From Lingula anatina (lineage: Eukaryota > Animalia > Brachiopoda): DNA of 64,000 bases. Made by a program: the position numbers and the translations under genes. Numbering within the stretch: the stretch's first letter is position 1; each line of letters starts with the position of its first letter. The stretch is from assembly GCA_051362555.1 (NCBI GenBank), contig CM120641.1, positions 3,286,001 through 3,350,000 on the forward strand. Direction: 5' to 3'. The notes under the pieces were generated by a model. That model made no database searches. It was not told the DNA's origin and worked only from the letters and a program-made list of their open reading frames with translations. This document shows positions 62,701 to 64,000 of this stretch, piece by piece.

Positions 62701-63991
62701 GAGCAGCGCTGACACCAGTTTTGAGATGATGGGCTCCATGATACCAGCACACCAACCAGGAGGAGGATTAAAACACACTGGGAACCCCGTGAAACCACAA
62801 ATAACCACCCCCACACTGCTCAGCAAAATACCGTCTGCTATATCAAGGGTAAGTGTTTTGGTCTTTTCTTGGTGTTACATTTGTAATATTGAAACTTTAT
62901 TTTGAGTTCGACACTGGTTTTTTAAAAGAAAATGTTGTATTTGGTATTATTTGTAAGTCTTTTGCTTTTGCTATGCAGTATATGACAGCAAAATGTCTGT
63001 TTTCGTAATGTATGCAATATTATATACTTACTGCATGAATGTGGACCTGGTTGTTAAAAATAAATTTCTATAGTTTTTGATTATATGCATGTGTTTTATG
63101 TTATAACAAGCCAATCATCTTCTGTGGATTATGTATAGATTTGTACCTTGTCATCACATGGATGATACTTTGTGCTTACACAAATGAATATTTAGAAAGT
63201 AATTATGATTAGTATAACATTTCTCTATCTCTTACAGAGTAGCAGTAAACTGTCTGATTTAACACTCCCCGTGGAAGATTCTCAAGATTTGTATGGACCT
63301 ATGCATACCCAGCAAGAAAATATCCAAGACTCACAAAATTTTCACTTTTCTTTGGACTATGACGAGTCACAGTCTCAAATTCTTGATGCAGATGGGTGAG
63401 GGCCAGTCTCTCTGTCTTTTTCCTCCCTCTCTCCTTCACTCTCTCCCTCTCTTTGGCCTTAAAGCAATAATAAAAATGGAATAATAATATGCCACTGCAT
63501 AATTCTCCAAAGTATTCTCAGTTACAGTAACTGATGTGTAATTCTTTAATTTATTGTTGCCTGTCTACTCCAGATTCTTGAAATTAGATCCAACCCAGAA
63601 AAAGTCGTCAAAGCGTCAGTTGGATCTTGGACAAAGTCAGAGTCAGGATAACTTTGATGAACTTCTTAACCTGTGTTCAGGTGGATTTGGTGAAGGCAAG
63701 TTAATTTTTTTTTAGAAAACTTGATAATTGATTTAATTAAATAATGCTAACAGTATGGGAGTCTACACGTGAAAATTGCTAACCAAAATATTGCAATTAT
63801 TCTCTTAGTGTTTTTAGGCTTGACAGTGATTATTTTCAGTATTAGTAATAGCCTTTAATAACATTTCCAGGCCCCCAGCAGTCCAGTCAGAGGGTGTCAA
63901 AGAGTGGGGGGATATTCAGTAAAATAGTGGCCCCTACACAGGACAACATGGATGAGTTGCTAGGACTCTGTTCAGGGCAGTTCAGTGGCAG
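52560..63991 (+). CDS. CLSPN: Claspin (replication-checkpoint Chk1 adaptor), about 18 exons in the window; 3' end lies beyond the window
   Basis: Spliced motifs VHSETQRIVR/ESAVRIPYHKPKP (56570-57025), PKLSGGAGADFIDL...GVDKLMERLIQHS, KPGAKLVKLREKLQ...ELYELENEEG, acidic tracts, SFEMMGSMIPAHQP, and two Chk1-binding repeats DELLNLCSGGF (about 63655-63690) and MDELLGLCSGQF (63948-63983). The first exon, 52560-52592, is tentative. Confidence 0.92.
54136..56152 (+). mobile_element. Helentron/DINE-1-like non-autonomous element (family A), apparently complete, in a Claspin intron
   Basis: T-run, then sub-TIR ATGTACAGACA (54140-54150) pairing with the adjacent IR (54157-54167), (GTCGCC)n microsatellite, degenerate internal repeats, 3' sub-TIR TGTCTGTACAT (56120-56130), small hairpin gacagc-ttt-gctgcc, and end TTGTT. 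Confidence 0.8.
59682..59721. repeat. (TTA)n microsatellite
   Basis: Read directly from the sequence. Confidence 0.95.
60541..62579 (+). mobile_element. Helentron/DINE-1-like non-autonomous element (family B) carrying a tandem array, in a Claspin intron
   Basis: Perfect 15-bp sub-TIRs TATTGTACCACCAGC (60541-60555) / GCTGGTGGTACAATA (62530-62544), adjacent 5' IR gctggcggtaca (60562-60573), CCGT/CCGG microsatellite-like tract, 3' hairpin GAGGCG-gtat-CGCCTC (62549-62564), and end CTAGTT. Confidence 0.85.
61536..62370. repeat. 146-bp tandem repeat, about 5.7 near-identical copies
   Basis: Unit begins ttatctccaaaactggcagagataggtccatagttac and contains gacctttgacct. The period is confirmed by repeated pseudo-ORFs at 61641, 61933 and 62079 (offsets 292 and 146). 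Confidence 0.95.
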
Positions 63992-64000
63992 GTAAATAAC

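Overview
AT-rich, intron-containing animal genomic DNA. It looks like a marine invertebrate or lophotrochozoan (inferred from gene content and repeat types; the species cannot be determined). Nine protein-coding genes can be assembled by hand: (1) the 5' part of a RING/TRAF-type zinc-finger E3 ligase (minus, runs off the left edge); (2) a 14-exon secreted animal heme peroxidase; (3) an intronless orphan with an N-terminal helix-hairpin-helix domain and a C-terminal lamin-type CaaX box (CSIM); (4) an UNC5C-like ZU5-UPA-death-domain receptor with a mucin-like ectodomain; (5) the splicing factor RBM25; (6) a 2-exon coiled-coil orphan; (7) a TSSK-family kinase; (8) B9D2; (9) Claspin (runs off the right edge). 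Mobile DNA includes a degenerate hAT element, a hAT MITE, a Kolobok-like MITE and three Helentron/DINE-1-like non-autonomous elements, one carrying a 146-bp tandem array. The best novelty candidates are the HhH-CaaX protein (a possible farnesylated DNA-to-nuclear-envelope tether that shares a CRE-rich upstream region with the TSSK gene) and two splicing-control structures in RBM25 (a cluster of decoy 5' splice sites and a triplicated 3' splice site). All exon boundaries were read manually and no database searches were run.
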